Source of the DNA: Prochlorococcus sp. AG-424-P18 | Lineage (GTDB): Bacteria > Cyanobacteriota > Cyanobacteriia > PCC-6307 > Cyanobiaceae | NCBI GenBank assembly: GCA_003213235.1 | Contig: QCNJ01000005.1 | Span: 6,297-70,296 of the forward strand | Direction: 5' to 3' | Length of the DNA stretch: 64,000 nt | In this document: piece by piece, positions 22,090 to 30,503 of the stretch | Layout of the letters: every line of letters starts with the position of its first letter | Numbering within the stretch: position 1 is the first letter of the stretch | Program-made: the position numbers and the translations under genes | Notes under the pieces: model-generated | What the model was told of the DNA's origin: nothing | Database searches by the model: none | What the model saw: the letters and a program-made list of their open reading frames with translations, nothing else

Positions 22090-23264
22090 TTTCTAATTTT
22101 TTCCTCTAATATTAAAGCACTTAAAATTGAACCTTCAATCCTACCAAATCCTTCTCCCTCAAACCAGTCTCCGCAAAATGCAATTCTATATTTTCTGATA
22201 AATTGTAAAGATAATGGGACTGCACTTCCAAAAGGTTGTGAAGCTCTCCATTTCATAATAGACATTCCCTCATTAAAAGTTAATTGATTTACTGAAGCAT
22301 TATTACTAAATAATTCATTGAAATTTGCAAATATTGTTTGTTTAAAAAAATCTTCATCTTTTGCATTTGTATATGAATTAAGAAAATCTATATTTTTTGA
22401 ATGCACTACAATTCCTAATTTATTGTTATCTTGCAACTGAAAAATAATCCTTTCAAATTTATATTTATTCTCCAGACTTTTTTTTAAGTAGAAATATCTA
22501 TACTTTCGAGAATAAAAATCTTTATAACTATAATCCTCATTTGTGTATATTAAAAAAGTAAGCCTTGGAATAAATGATTGCTTATCTAAAAGATTTAAAA
22601 GCAAATCAATTTTTTTATCTTTATTTTTAGGAATAGCTTTTCTTAATGGAATTTCATTTTTTTTCAATATTTTCAGAGACCTTTTATGCAATAACAAATT
22701 AGTTGAACAAATAAGATATTTAGATTTGAATATATCTCCATTCTCTGATATTAATGTCCATACATCATTATTAAACTTCAAATCAGTTATCAAAGTTTCA
22801 AAAAATAAATCAATCTTACTCCCTGAATTTTTAAACTCAATTATCTTTTGGGATAATTCCCTCATGGAAAATAAAGATTGATAATTATTTCCGCGATAAA
22901 ATTCTGAATTTTTAAAAGTGTCAAATTTAGATTCATCTCCCAGAGAAATCAATTCAGAATCGTCAATTTTAATAAATTTATTTTCTAATAATTCATCAAT
23001 ATAATTTTTTAATAAAAGGTTATTTTTAGTATTACTTATATTAAAATTTGGGGCGCCATGGTTTAGTTTCCATCCTTTAAAAGTTTCGCTTATTCTTGTA
23101 CTCGATCTCCCTCCTAGTCCTCGCCCAACCTCAATTAATGCAATTTTTTTTGTAATGTTATTTTGAAGATACTTTGAAGCGAAAACGCACGCAGATATTC
23201 CTCCACCAATTATTGTAAGGTCATATGAAAAATTACTTTCCATAATTTTAGGAGTAGTAGACAT
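22062..23264 (-). CDS. Renalase-like NAD/FAD-dependent oxidoreductase
   Basis: IIGGGISA, E.GRGLGGRSSTR, NHGAPNF, W..SQP, CGDWF..GRIEG.ILS; start uncertain (23264 or 23243). Confidence 0.82.
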   Translation of the reverse strand: MSTTPKIMESNFSYDLTIIGGGISACVFASKYLQNNITKKIALIEVGRGLGGRSSTRISETFKGWKLNHGAPNFNISNTKNNLLLKNYIDELLENKFIKIDDSELISLGDESKFDTFKNSEFYRGNNYQSLFSMRELSQKIIEFKNSGSKIDLFFETLITDLKFNNDVWTLISENGDIFKSKYLICSTNLLLHKRSLKILKKNEIPLRKAIPKNKDKKIDLLLNLLDKQSFIPRLTFLIYTNEDYSYKDFYSRKYRYFYLKKSLENKYKFERIIFQLQDNNKLGIVVHSKNIDFLNSYTNAKDEDFFKQTIFANFNELFSNNASVNQLTFNEGMSIMKWRASQPFGSAVPLSLQFIRKYRIAFCGDWFEGEGFGRIEGSILSALILEEKIRNYSNNCLSI

Positions 23265-24069
23265 TATCTTTATTTCTAAAAAAACTATAAACACAATCAA
23301 GTTTTTCTGATGATGCAAAATCAGTTTCAATTACTGGTGTAATATTATTTTTTTTATAAAAACGAACTAAATCTCTCGTAAAATCATAAAAATTATCTAA
23401 CGAAAATAAATACCTTTCTGATATATAAACCCCTTTCCAAGGGCGAAATTTAAACCTCGCTATAAATTGTTTTGAAGGAATCAATAAACTTCCAAAAAGT
23501 TCAATTTTTTCATATTTTCTAACTTTCTTAAGATAATTAATTTCATTCTGAAGTACTTCAATATCTGTTCCATATTGAAACCAAATTGAATTTATTAATC
23601 CTGAAGAAAGTTTTATATCTAACCTTTCTCTTTCTGAAGTATCATTATAGAATTTTTTAATATATGGATTATGAGCAATACCTAATTTAATTTTTAAATT
23701 TTTTTCTTCTTTGATCCTACTTAAAACATTAATTACATCAAAATTTTTTTTCTTATTAGATCCTGATACTAAAAGAATTCCAATATTGCTATTTGAAAAG
23801 GAATTTTTTAAAAATTCTAAAAAATATTGATATGATTTTTCTGTATTTTGAGAGTATTGATGATAAAGACTATAGTGATAAGTTACATTTAATTCTGGGT
23901 AGTTTTGTGATATGTATTTAAAAGTTGAATAAAAAAAATCTTGCTTAATTACACCCTTACAGGGAATATTAATATTATTTATATTATTAAATTTACAGAA
24001 CTTAAGTTTATTTTCTAACTGCGAAATATTTTTAAATGAGAATTCAAATCTTAAATTACTAATCATCAA
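23248..24069 (-). CDS. Hypothetical protein, possibly MTHFR-like FAD-linked fold
   Basis: HYSL, LLVSGS, GIAHNPY, ERL..KL..G, WFQ.G pattern resembles MTHFR-like barrels (inference). Confidence 0.6.
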   Translation of the reverse strand: MMISNLRFEFSFKNISQLENKLKFCKFNNINNINIPCKGVIKQDFFYSTFKYISQNYPELNVTYHYSLYHQYSQNTEKSYQYFLEFLKNSFSNSNIGILLVSGSNKKKNFDVINVLSRIKEEKNLKIKLGIAHNPYIKKFYNDTSERERLDIKLSSGLINSIWFQYGTDIEVLQNEINYLKKVRKYEKIELFGSLLIPSKQFIARFKFRPWKGVYISERYLFSLDNFYDFTRDLVRFYKKNNITPVIETDFASSEKLDCVYSFFRNKDNVYYS

Positions 24070-24096
24070 TTAGTACGTATAATTTATTTGATTATC

Positions 24097-24381
24097 TTAA
24101 CGAAAACATGCATCTGCTACGACTCTTATTTTTGAGATCATTTTTTTATTCTTTCTCATAATTAAATCGCTAGGAGAAACTTCCAATACTGCTTTTATAG
24201 AAATTTTGTCTTCTGCAGATTTTTGAATGATCTCGTTGAAACATTTCCAATTCCTTAAAATTAATATTCCAGGCCAGGATAAATAAAGACCTGCAAAAAT
24301 ACCTAAAATAAGAAATAAAAAAAATCTCATATTTATAATTTTAATATGATTAAATAATGTAAATGACAAAAAAAGGTACAA
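24097..24381 (-). CDS. Hypothetical membrane-anchored protein
   Basis: TM plus WPG...C...DACFR; true start probably the internal Met. Confidence 0.6.
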   Translation of the reverse strand: MYLFLSFTLFNHIKIINMRFFLFLILGIFAGLYLSWPGILILRNWKCFNEIIQKSAEDKISIKAVLEVSPSDLIMRKNKKMISKIRVVADACFR

Positions 24382-24486
24382 GGTTGAAAAATATTTAATA
24401 TTTTATTGCTTTTGCAAATCATTTAACCACAAAAGATTTTAATGAACTCGAGAGGTTAGAATATTTAAAAAGTAATTCCATAAAAT

Positions 24487-24891
24487 ATGGCAAACCAAGA
24501 TTATCTAATTGCAATAGCCTTAATAGAACAAAACCTTGTTAGAGCAATGCCTCTTGGAGGGAAAGAAATTAAAAATAATTTAGAGGACCCAGAATATTTC
24601 AAGAACCTTGGAGAAGAAGTTGTTTTAAATCTACTTCTTAGAGTTTTCCAACGGAGTGATGAAGGTGCATTGAAAAGGGTCTCCGAAGATAAAGGGTTGC
24701 TTTTGGTTCATATGCATCCTAAAAGGATGCAAAAAGAGCTTCCATTTATTAAATCTGAATGGATAAGAGACGGAGATACTCAACAATTCTTGAAATATCT
24801 TGGCAATCTTTCTAAAGAAGTATGGACAACATCATTTATAAAGTACAAAGGTATTGAATTTACTTCAATCTCAAAAAATGAAGAGATCTAA
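24487..24891 (+). CDS. Conserved hypothetical protein
   Basis: YLIAIALIEQN..RAMPLGGK, LLLRVFQRSDEG. Confidence 0.8.
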   Translation: MANQDYLIAIALIEQNLVRAMPLGGKEIKNNLEDPEYFKNLGEEVVLNLLLRVFQRSDEGALKRVSEDKGLLLVHMHPKRMQKELPFIKSEWIRDGDTQQFLKYLGNLSKEVWTTSFIKYKGIEFTSISKNEEI

Positions 24892-24903
24892 AAAATTACT
24901 TTT

Positions 24904-25584
24904 TCAGAGGATTTCTTTCTTTAAATTATTATTTTCCATAGTAACCTTAAAACATTTTTTTCCATTACCAAAATCTATTGAAGAATACTCTGAATCATTT
25001 TTGATATGCAGGGCACAATTGCCCTCAATACAAATACAAGATTCAATAATTTCTCTTTGAATAACATCATTAACGTAAGGTTCTCTCTCTTTCTCCTCAT
25101 CAAAATGAGGACAAGCAATACCATCAACTATGCCAAGGCAATCGATTATATTTAATTCCCTAGCAAAAGAATCAGTTACTCCCTTCTCAAACCAACAAAT
25201 AGCTCCAGCACTCACACCACTCATTACAATTCCTTTTTCATAAGCCTTCTGTAATATATTATGTAAATTCCATTCTTTCCATACTGCTAACATACTTTTT
25301 GTGTTCCCGCCGCCAACATAAATAATATCTTGATTAAAAACTATCTTTTCTAAGTTTTCTGTTCTGGAAAAAAAATCTATATGACTAGTTATGCAATCTA
25401 GTTTAGAAAATGCCCTATAAAAATTTAGTTTATATAAACTACTATCTCCAGATGCTGTTGGGATAAAGCAAATTTTTGGTCTTTTATTATTAATTAATGA
25501 AATTATATATTTTTCAATTTCAAGAGAGCCTAAAGAACGTCCAAACCCTCCTCCCCCGATTGCGACTATATGTTTACTATTCAT
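24904..25584 (-). CDS. Peptidase E (S51 family)
   Basis: IPTASGD, YVGGGNT, catalytic GVSAGA, CPHFD. Confidence 0.9.
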   Translation of the reverse strand: MNSKHIVAIGGGGFGRSLGSLEIEKYIISLINNKRPKICFIPTASGDSSLYKLNFYRAFSKLDCITSHIDFFSRTENLEKIVFNQDIIYVGGGNTKSMLAVWKEWNLHNILQKAYEKGIVMSGVSAGAICWFEKGVTDSFARELNIIDCLGIVDGIACPHFDEEKEREPYVNDVIQREIIESCICIEGNCALHIKNDSEYSSIDFGNGKKCFKVTMENNNLKKEIL

Positions 25585-25598
25585 ATTAAATAAATGAT

Positions 25599-26075
25599 TT
25601 GTTTATGAATTTAAGACAAATTACCATTAAAGATCAAATTGAATTAAAGAAGGTTTACTTCGATTCAATTCAATCATTAGATGAAAAAATATACAGTAAA
25701 GAGCAAAAAAGAGCTTGGTCTAGCCAAGCTTGGGATAATCCAAATTTTAAAAAGTCAATTATTAAAGGAAAAGGATGGCTTTTAAGTGATAAAGGAACAA
25801 TTATAGCTTTTGCTACAAGGTACCCAATTAATAGAATTGCTTTATTTTACTGTAAAGGTAAATTTCAGAGAAAAGGTATAGGTTCTAAATTACTTCAAAA
25901 ATTAGAAGATGAAGCTAAGAGAGAAGGTTTAGATTCTCTGTCCACTGAAGCAAGCCTTATAAGTTTTAAATTATTTTTAAAAAACGGATGGAAAATTATT
26001 CGTAAAGAAAAAGTTACTATAAATAATATTTTTTTTGAAAGATATAAAATGATTAAAATTATTAAAACTAGATAA
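25599..26075 (+). CDS. GNAT acetyltransferase (YafP-like)
   Basis: Acetyl-CoA motif QRKGIGSKLL, TEASL...LF.K.GW. Confidence 0.88.
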   Translation: MFMNLRQITIKDQIELKKVYFDSIQSLDEKIYSKEQKRAWSSQAWDNPNFKKSIIKGKGWLLSDKGTIIAFATRYPINRIALFYCKGKFQRKGIGSKLLQKLEDEAKREGLDSLSTEASLISFKLFLKNGWKIIRKEKVTINNIFFERYKMIKIIKTR

Positions 26076-26081
26076 TTAATA

Positions 26082-26405
26082 ATGTATAGCAAAAGTAAGG
26101 GGATAATATTGATTAAAAGAATTCTATTTTGGACTTTATACTTTTTTTCAGGATTTATACTTTATTCAAATAAGGGAATTTTATCTAATTTTTTAATTGC
26201 ATTTGCACGAATTATTTATCCATTATCTGTATTCTGGCTGCAAATAAGGATTAAAAATAGAACCAACTTTCTGCCAATCGATTCAAAAATGACTACATCA
26301 CAGTTATGGTTCAATTTGTTACCCGTTATTGCATCTCTCATTACAGTAATTCTTTCTCTAACAAATACATTATTTTATATTCTAGAAAAAATAATTAATT
26401 TTTAA
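26082..26405 (+). CDS. Hypothetical membrane protein
   Basis: 107 aa, about 3 TM. Confidence 0.6.
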   Translation: MYSKSKGIILIKRILFWTLYFFSGFILYSNKGILSNFLIAFARIIYPLSVFWLQIRIKNRTNFLPIDSKMTTSQLWFNLLPVIASLITVILSLTNTLFYILEKIINF

Positions 26406-26523
26406 TTTGAATAAAGTTATTGTTCTACTATTGCATTAGTAATTTTCTCATAAATACATTATGTAAAGAAATTTGCCTTTTAATTAAATTTGTTTAAATT
26501 TTAAATAGTTAACAAAATTAGTA

Positions 26524-26676
26524 ATGAAGAATATCTCATTAAAAAGAAATATTAATTTTGAAAATAACGAAAAAGAAAGACAAGATTATGAATTATTCTC
26601 TTTAAAAATCACAGATAGTGTATATAAAAAAGATATTGGAAAATTTTTAGAGACTCTCTCTTCTCATTTTATTTAG
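26524..26676 (+). CDS. Small hypothetical protein, 50 aa (not in ORF track)
   Basis: MKNISLKRNINFENNEKERQDYELFSLKITDSVYKKDIGKFLETLSSHFI. Confidence 0.4.
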   Translation: MKNISLKRNINFENNEKERQDYELFSLKITDSVYKKDIGKFLETLSSHFI

Positions 26677-26765
26677 AAAACATATTTTTTCTGATCTTCA
26701 AATTCAAACAGACTGAAAAATAAATTACTTTTTGAACGATAATAAATAAAATACAAAAATTTATT

Positions 26766-27083
26766 ATGCAATTATTTCTTGCTGATTGCCAATTCCCTGA
26801 TATTGAGAATCAAGTAAAAGCTTACGAATTATTTGTAGAAGCATGGGAAAATGGTGAAATGGCAAAATCAGATAAAACAGAAAAATTTGAGATGTTATTT
26901 AGAGTTCATGCACCAGGAGAGGGTAGGGTAGTTTGTTTATGTAAGGCACATAGTGATAAAGAAATTTTTGAGCATTTTGCTCCATGGAGAGCTAAATTTG
27001 GCATTCACATGGAATTTACTCCTGTTATAAGTTGTCAAAATGTTGTTGATTACCATAAAGATTTGTTCAAAACTTTAGGGTAA
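26766..27083 (+). CDS. DUF3303-like ferredoxin-fold protein
   Basis: RVHAPGEG, HFAPWRAKFG..EFTPV. Confidence 0.75.
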   Translation: MQLFLADCQFPDIENQVKAYELFVEAWENGEMAKSDKTEKFEMLFRVHAPGEGRVVCLCKAHSDKEIFEHFAPWRAKFGIHMEFTPVISCQNVVDYHKDLFKTLG

Positions 27084-27355
27084 TTAGCTTAAATCTAAAA
27101 TTTATCGTGATTAAACCTTTTCCCAATCTTATTTATAAAAAAAAAGATAGAAATTTTCCTTCTTCAAACAATAAGCTTAAGAAAGAAGAAAACGTCAAAT
27201 CTAAACCATTAATAATATTTGGTTTTATCATCTCATTAACTTCCATCTTTTTACTTTTATTTACCATTAATAATAAATTTGGATGATATATGAGTAATTA
27301 GAACTATTACTTTGGAACAAATATGTTCTATTATTAATTAAAAAATAACTAACAA

Positions 27356-27472
27356 ATGGCGTTTAACGAAGGAGGGATGGCATCGGGCCTTCTAATCATC
27401 GCAGTATCAATAATTTTTGCTGCCGGTTTTGGATTTTTAGTCTTGCATTTTGTACCCGGAACTCCATTTTAG
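27356..27472 (+). CDS. Small single-TM peptide, 38 aa (not in ORF track)
   Basis: MAFNEGGMASGLLIIAVSIIFAAGFGFLVLHFVPGTPF; GC-richer than flanks. Confidence 0.6.
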   Translation: MAFNEGGMASGLLIIAVSIIFAAGFGFLVLHFVPGTPF

Positions 27473-27504
27473 GTTATCCAAATGAATTTGATTTATAAAT
27501 TATC

Positions 27505-27843
27505 TTAAACATTAACAGTTTCTAAATCCTGAATTTGATTATCATCAGAATTAGATTTCTTATTTAATTGGTAGGCATAAACTAGAGATCCTAAAGCTAT
27601 GGTACTAGAGGCAATAATTCCCGATATGAGTATCAAGGCAAAAAGACCTCCTACCAATCCCCCCTTTAATCTAAGCAAATTTGATTTAATTAAAAGTATT
27701 GTCAAAAAAACAATAGTAGCTTTAAGAGAAGAGATTTTCAAAAAAGTAAATGGGTAAAAAGGATTTAATAACATTTTTTGGCAGGTTAGAATTTGATACG
27801 ATTCTAAAAATAAATTTAAAAAACCGCAAAAAAAAAGACTCAA
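27505..27843 (-). CDS. Hypothetical membrane protein (real start probably near 27660-27680)
   Basis: C-terminal half has a convincing TM; the 5' extension runs into a terminator. Confidence 0.4.
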   Translation of the reverse strand: MSLFFCGFLNLFLESYQILTCQKMLLNPFYPFTFLKISSLKATIVFLTILLIKSNLLRLKGGLVGGLFALILISGIIASSTIALGSLVYAYQLNKKSNSDDNQIQDLETVNV

Positions 27844-27854
27844 ATGAGTCTTTT
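27833..27854. terminator. Bidirectional-type hairpin terminator
   Basis: AAAAGACTCA-AA-TGAGTCTTTT with a longer A tract on the left. Confidence 0.7.
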
Positions 27855-27878
27855 AAAATCTAAATTAAATCTGATAAT

Positions 27879-28016
27879 TTATTGATCAGGGTCTAATTTG
27901 CTATAGTTTGGTCCAACAATAATCCAAAGTAGGCCAAAAAGAACCATAGATCCAATTCCAACATAAGCTGCAGAAGGAACAAAACCACCAATAGCAAAAG
28001 AAGCTAATAAATTCAT
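27879..28016 (-). CDS. Small single-TM protein, 45 aa
   Basis: MNLLASFAIGGFVPSAAYVGIGSMVLFGLLWIIVGPNYSKLDPDQ, followed by a terminator. Confidence 0.6.
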   Translation of the reverse strand: MNLLASFAIGGFVPSAAYVGIGSMVLFGLLWIIVGPNYSKLDPDQ

Positions 28017-28215
28017 GATTTTAAAACATAATATCTTCGAGTAAGCATACAGATTTTTATGAAAAATATACCCATATTGAGACATTTCTTCGTAATTATT
28101 AGAATCGTTTAACTATCCCTTTATAAAAATTCCACAAAATTTTTATTATTTGTTTTATTATCGAAGTATTACTTTTTTTGCCGCAACTTAATACCATCAA
28201 AACTGTTTTTTTCTA

Positions 28216-28596
28216 ATGAATTCCAACTATACCTTTGTTTATGACGGAGAATGTCCATTCTGCAATCATTTTGCTGAGCTCCTTGAGATCAAAAGCAAGT
28301 TAAACAATATTAAAATTCTTGATGGTCGTAAAAATTTAACTCTAATTAAATCCCTCCTAGATAAAGGTTATGACCTAGATGAAGGAGCTATTCTCATGAA
28401 AGATGAAGTGATCTTTCATGGGGCAGATGCAATTAATACTATCTGCAAACAGATAAATAATCCCTCAAGTAGTTTACTTTTGATACTTTCTAGAGTGTTT
28501 AAATCAACTAAACGAACAAATTTGATATTTCCTTTACTAGTCAGAGCTAGAAGATTTGCATTGATATCAAAAGGTATATCAGTATCCCTAGTTTAA
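28216..28596 (+). CDS. DCC family thiol-disulfide oxidoreductase (DUF393)
   Basis: VYDGECPFC (DxxCxxC), G.DAI. Confidence 0.85.
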   Translation: MNSNYTFVYDGECPFCNHFAELLEIKSKLNNIKILDGRKNLTLIKSLLDKGYDLDEGAILMKDEVIFHGADAINTICKQINNPSSSLLLILSRVFKSTKRTNLIFPLLVRARRFALISKGISVSLV

Positions 28597-28703
28597 AAAT
28601 AAAAACTTTCTAAATATTAAATAACATATTTATAAGCTTCTGTATCAATAAATGATAATTGATTATTTCTTAGCTAGAACTAGGTGGTATCAACAAGTGT
28701 TAA

Positions 28704-28889
28704 ATGATAGAAAACTTCAATCCCTTTATTTCATTGGGCGGTGATAACCAAAAAGTTAATCATATGGCTGAAGCGGCACTTGAAATGAATTTAACTTGCA
28801 ATGATTTAAAGAAGGATTTAAATTTAACCGATGGTGATGTAGTGGATATGTTGCAACTAGTCATGGATAGGTTTAAAAATAGTAATTAA
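28704..28889 (+). CDS. Small hypothetical protein
   Basis: 61 aa; resembles 19533..19718. Confidence 0.6.
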   Translation: MIENFNPFISLGGDNQKVNHMAEAALEMNLTCNDLKKDLNLTDGDVVDMLQLVMDRFKNSN

Positions 28890-28930
28890 GTAAATATCGT
28901 AATTAATCACTATATATCAATTATTTTTTA

Positions 28931-29233
28931 ATGAAAACATTACAAATTGAGTTTTCGAAATATGAATTAGTTAACTTTTTATGGCCTGAATTAATAGAAG
29001 ACTACGGATTTGATAAAGCCAGAAAAATAGTTTCTCAAGCTATTGATTTACAAAAAATGAATGGGACTAAAAATAGCACCATACCAATCATATTCTCAGG
29101 AACAGGAGGATTAGCTCTAATACCAGTACAAATGCTAGAAAAAGAAAACTTTGAGATTAGTTATAAAGATAATCAAGTTCTAATATTTAATCTAAAAAGA
29201 AAGTCTTTTCAAATCTTAAAGGAAGCAAACTAA
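28931..29233 (+). CDS. Conserved hypothetical protein
   Basis: LWPEL...YG..KA...QA.DLQ.M.G. Confidence 0.7.
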   Translation: MKTLQIEFSKYELVNFLWPELIEDYGFDKARKIVSQAIDLQKMNGTKNSTIPIIFSGTGGLALIPVQMLEKENFEISYKDNQVLIFNLKRKSFQILKEAN

Positions 29234-29292
29234 TCTAAATTAGTAATTTCTCGATAAAGCATAAATTATCCTATAGTCAAATAAGCAATTAA

Positions 29293-30015
29293 TTGATAAT
29301 GACTTTTGAAGCGACCTATCTTGGTTCAAATGGTTGGCTTATAAAATTTAAAAAAACTAATTTAATTATTGATCCTTGGCTCAAAGGAGATTTAGTATTT
29401 CCACCAGGTGAGTGGTTTTTCAAAGGATCATTAGAAGAAGAAATTTCAATAGATAAAAAAATAGATATTATTTTGCTAACCCAAGGATTACCTGACCACT
29501 GTCATGTTCCAACACTAGAAATGTTCAGAAAGGATATTCCTATAATTTGCCCTAAAAGTGCTGTTGAAACATTAAAAAAAATCGGTTTTAGCTCAATTCA
29601 AGTGCTTAAGCCAACTGAAAAGACAAATCTTTTTAATTTAAATTTCCAAGCCTCTGCTGGGGCTCCAGTACCACAAATAGAAAACGGATATATTGTTAAA
29701 GATGATCAAAATAATGGTTTTTATATAGAACCCCATGGATATCTCGATGAAAATTTAGACAAGCAAAGTCTTGATGCAGTCATTACTCCTACAAAAAATT
29801 TAGAATTACCCTTAGTAGGTCCTTTTGTAAAAGGTGCTGATGTAATCCCGAAATTGATTAACAAATTCAATCCAAAATTTATACTTTCAAGCACCATAGG
29901 CGGAGATGCAAAATATTCAGGTCTTTTAAATAATTTTATTTCAGTACAAGATTATGAAGAGGAATTAAATTGTAATCTAGTAGATCTAAAGAGTATGCAA
30001 TCTATTATGATTTAA
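29293..30015 (+). CDS. Metallo-beta-lactamase-fold protein
   Basis: TYLGSNGW, LIIDPWL, TQGLPDHCH, YIEPHG. Confidence 0.85.
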   Translation: MIMTFEATYLGSNGWLIKFKKTNLIIDPWLKGDLVFPPGEWFFKGSLEEEISIDKKIDIILLTQGLPDHCHVPTLEMFRKDIPIICPKSAVETLKKIGFSSIQVLKPTEKTNLFNLNFQASAGAPVPQIENGYIVKDDQNNGFYIEPHGYLDENLDKQSLDAVITPTKNLELPLVGPFVKGADVIPKLINKFNPKFILSSTIGGDAKYSGLLNNFISVQDYEEELNCNLVDLKSMQSIMI

Positions 30016-30168
30016 ATTGATCCAAAATGATCTTTAATTAAATCATTTAGCTTGAAAGTAAATCTACTTTAAAAGGAGCTCAAAAAAATTCATTCATTTT
30101 TTATTACCTCAATACTTTTATTAGGTTTAAATAGTAGCTATGTATGTGAAAATTCAAAGCTTAATCTT

Positions 30169-30453
30169 GTGATGAGAAATAATATTAATGGTGACTTTTC
30201 TATAGTAGAAAAGATATCTGATTTAAAGCCAGGAGCATTTATAAATATTAATTGGAATAAAAAAAAGCTTATGCTTCCATATTCTCTAAGAAAAGATTAT
30301 ATTTCCTTTACAGATAAAAAATGGGACTGGAGGTATCAATTTAATAAGGATGGATCGCCTGATATTAATAATCCTTCTTTATACGAACTATTACCTTCTG
30401 GGGAAATTAAAACACTTTTTTGTGAAATAGAAGATAATAAGCCAAACATATAA
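30169..30453 (+). CDS. Hypothetical protein
   Basis: 94-aa ORF, FTDKKWDWRY. Confidence 0.65.
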   Translation: MMRNNINGDFSIVEKISDLKPGAFININWNKKKLMLPYSLRKDYISFTDKKWDWRYQFNKDGSPDINNPSLYELLPSGEIKTLFCEIEDNKPNI

Positions 30454-30503
30454 TTTCAAAATAAGTATTCTAGATTTTTTAACTTCTGAACTTCTTTGTA
30501 AAG

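Noticed and set aside
27315-27328. GAACA-N4-TGTTC as a LexA box
   Set aside because: Half-site and spacing differ from the cyanobacterial AGTAC-N4-GTACT type; kept only as an unassigned palindrome.
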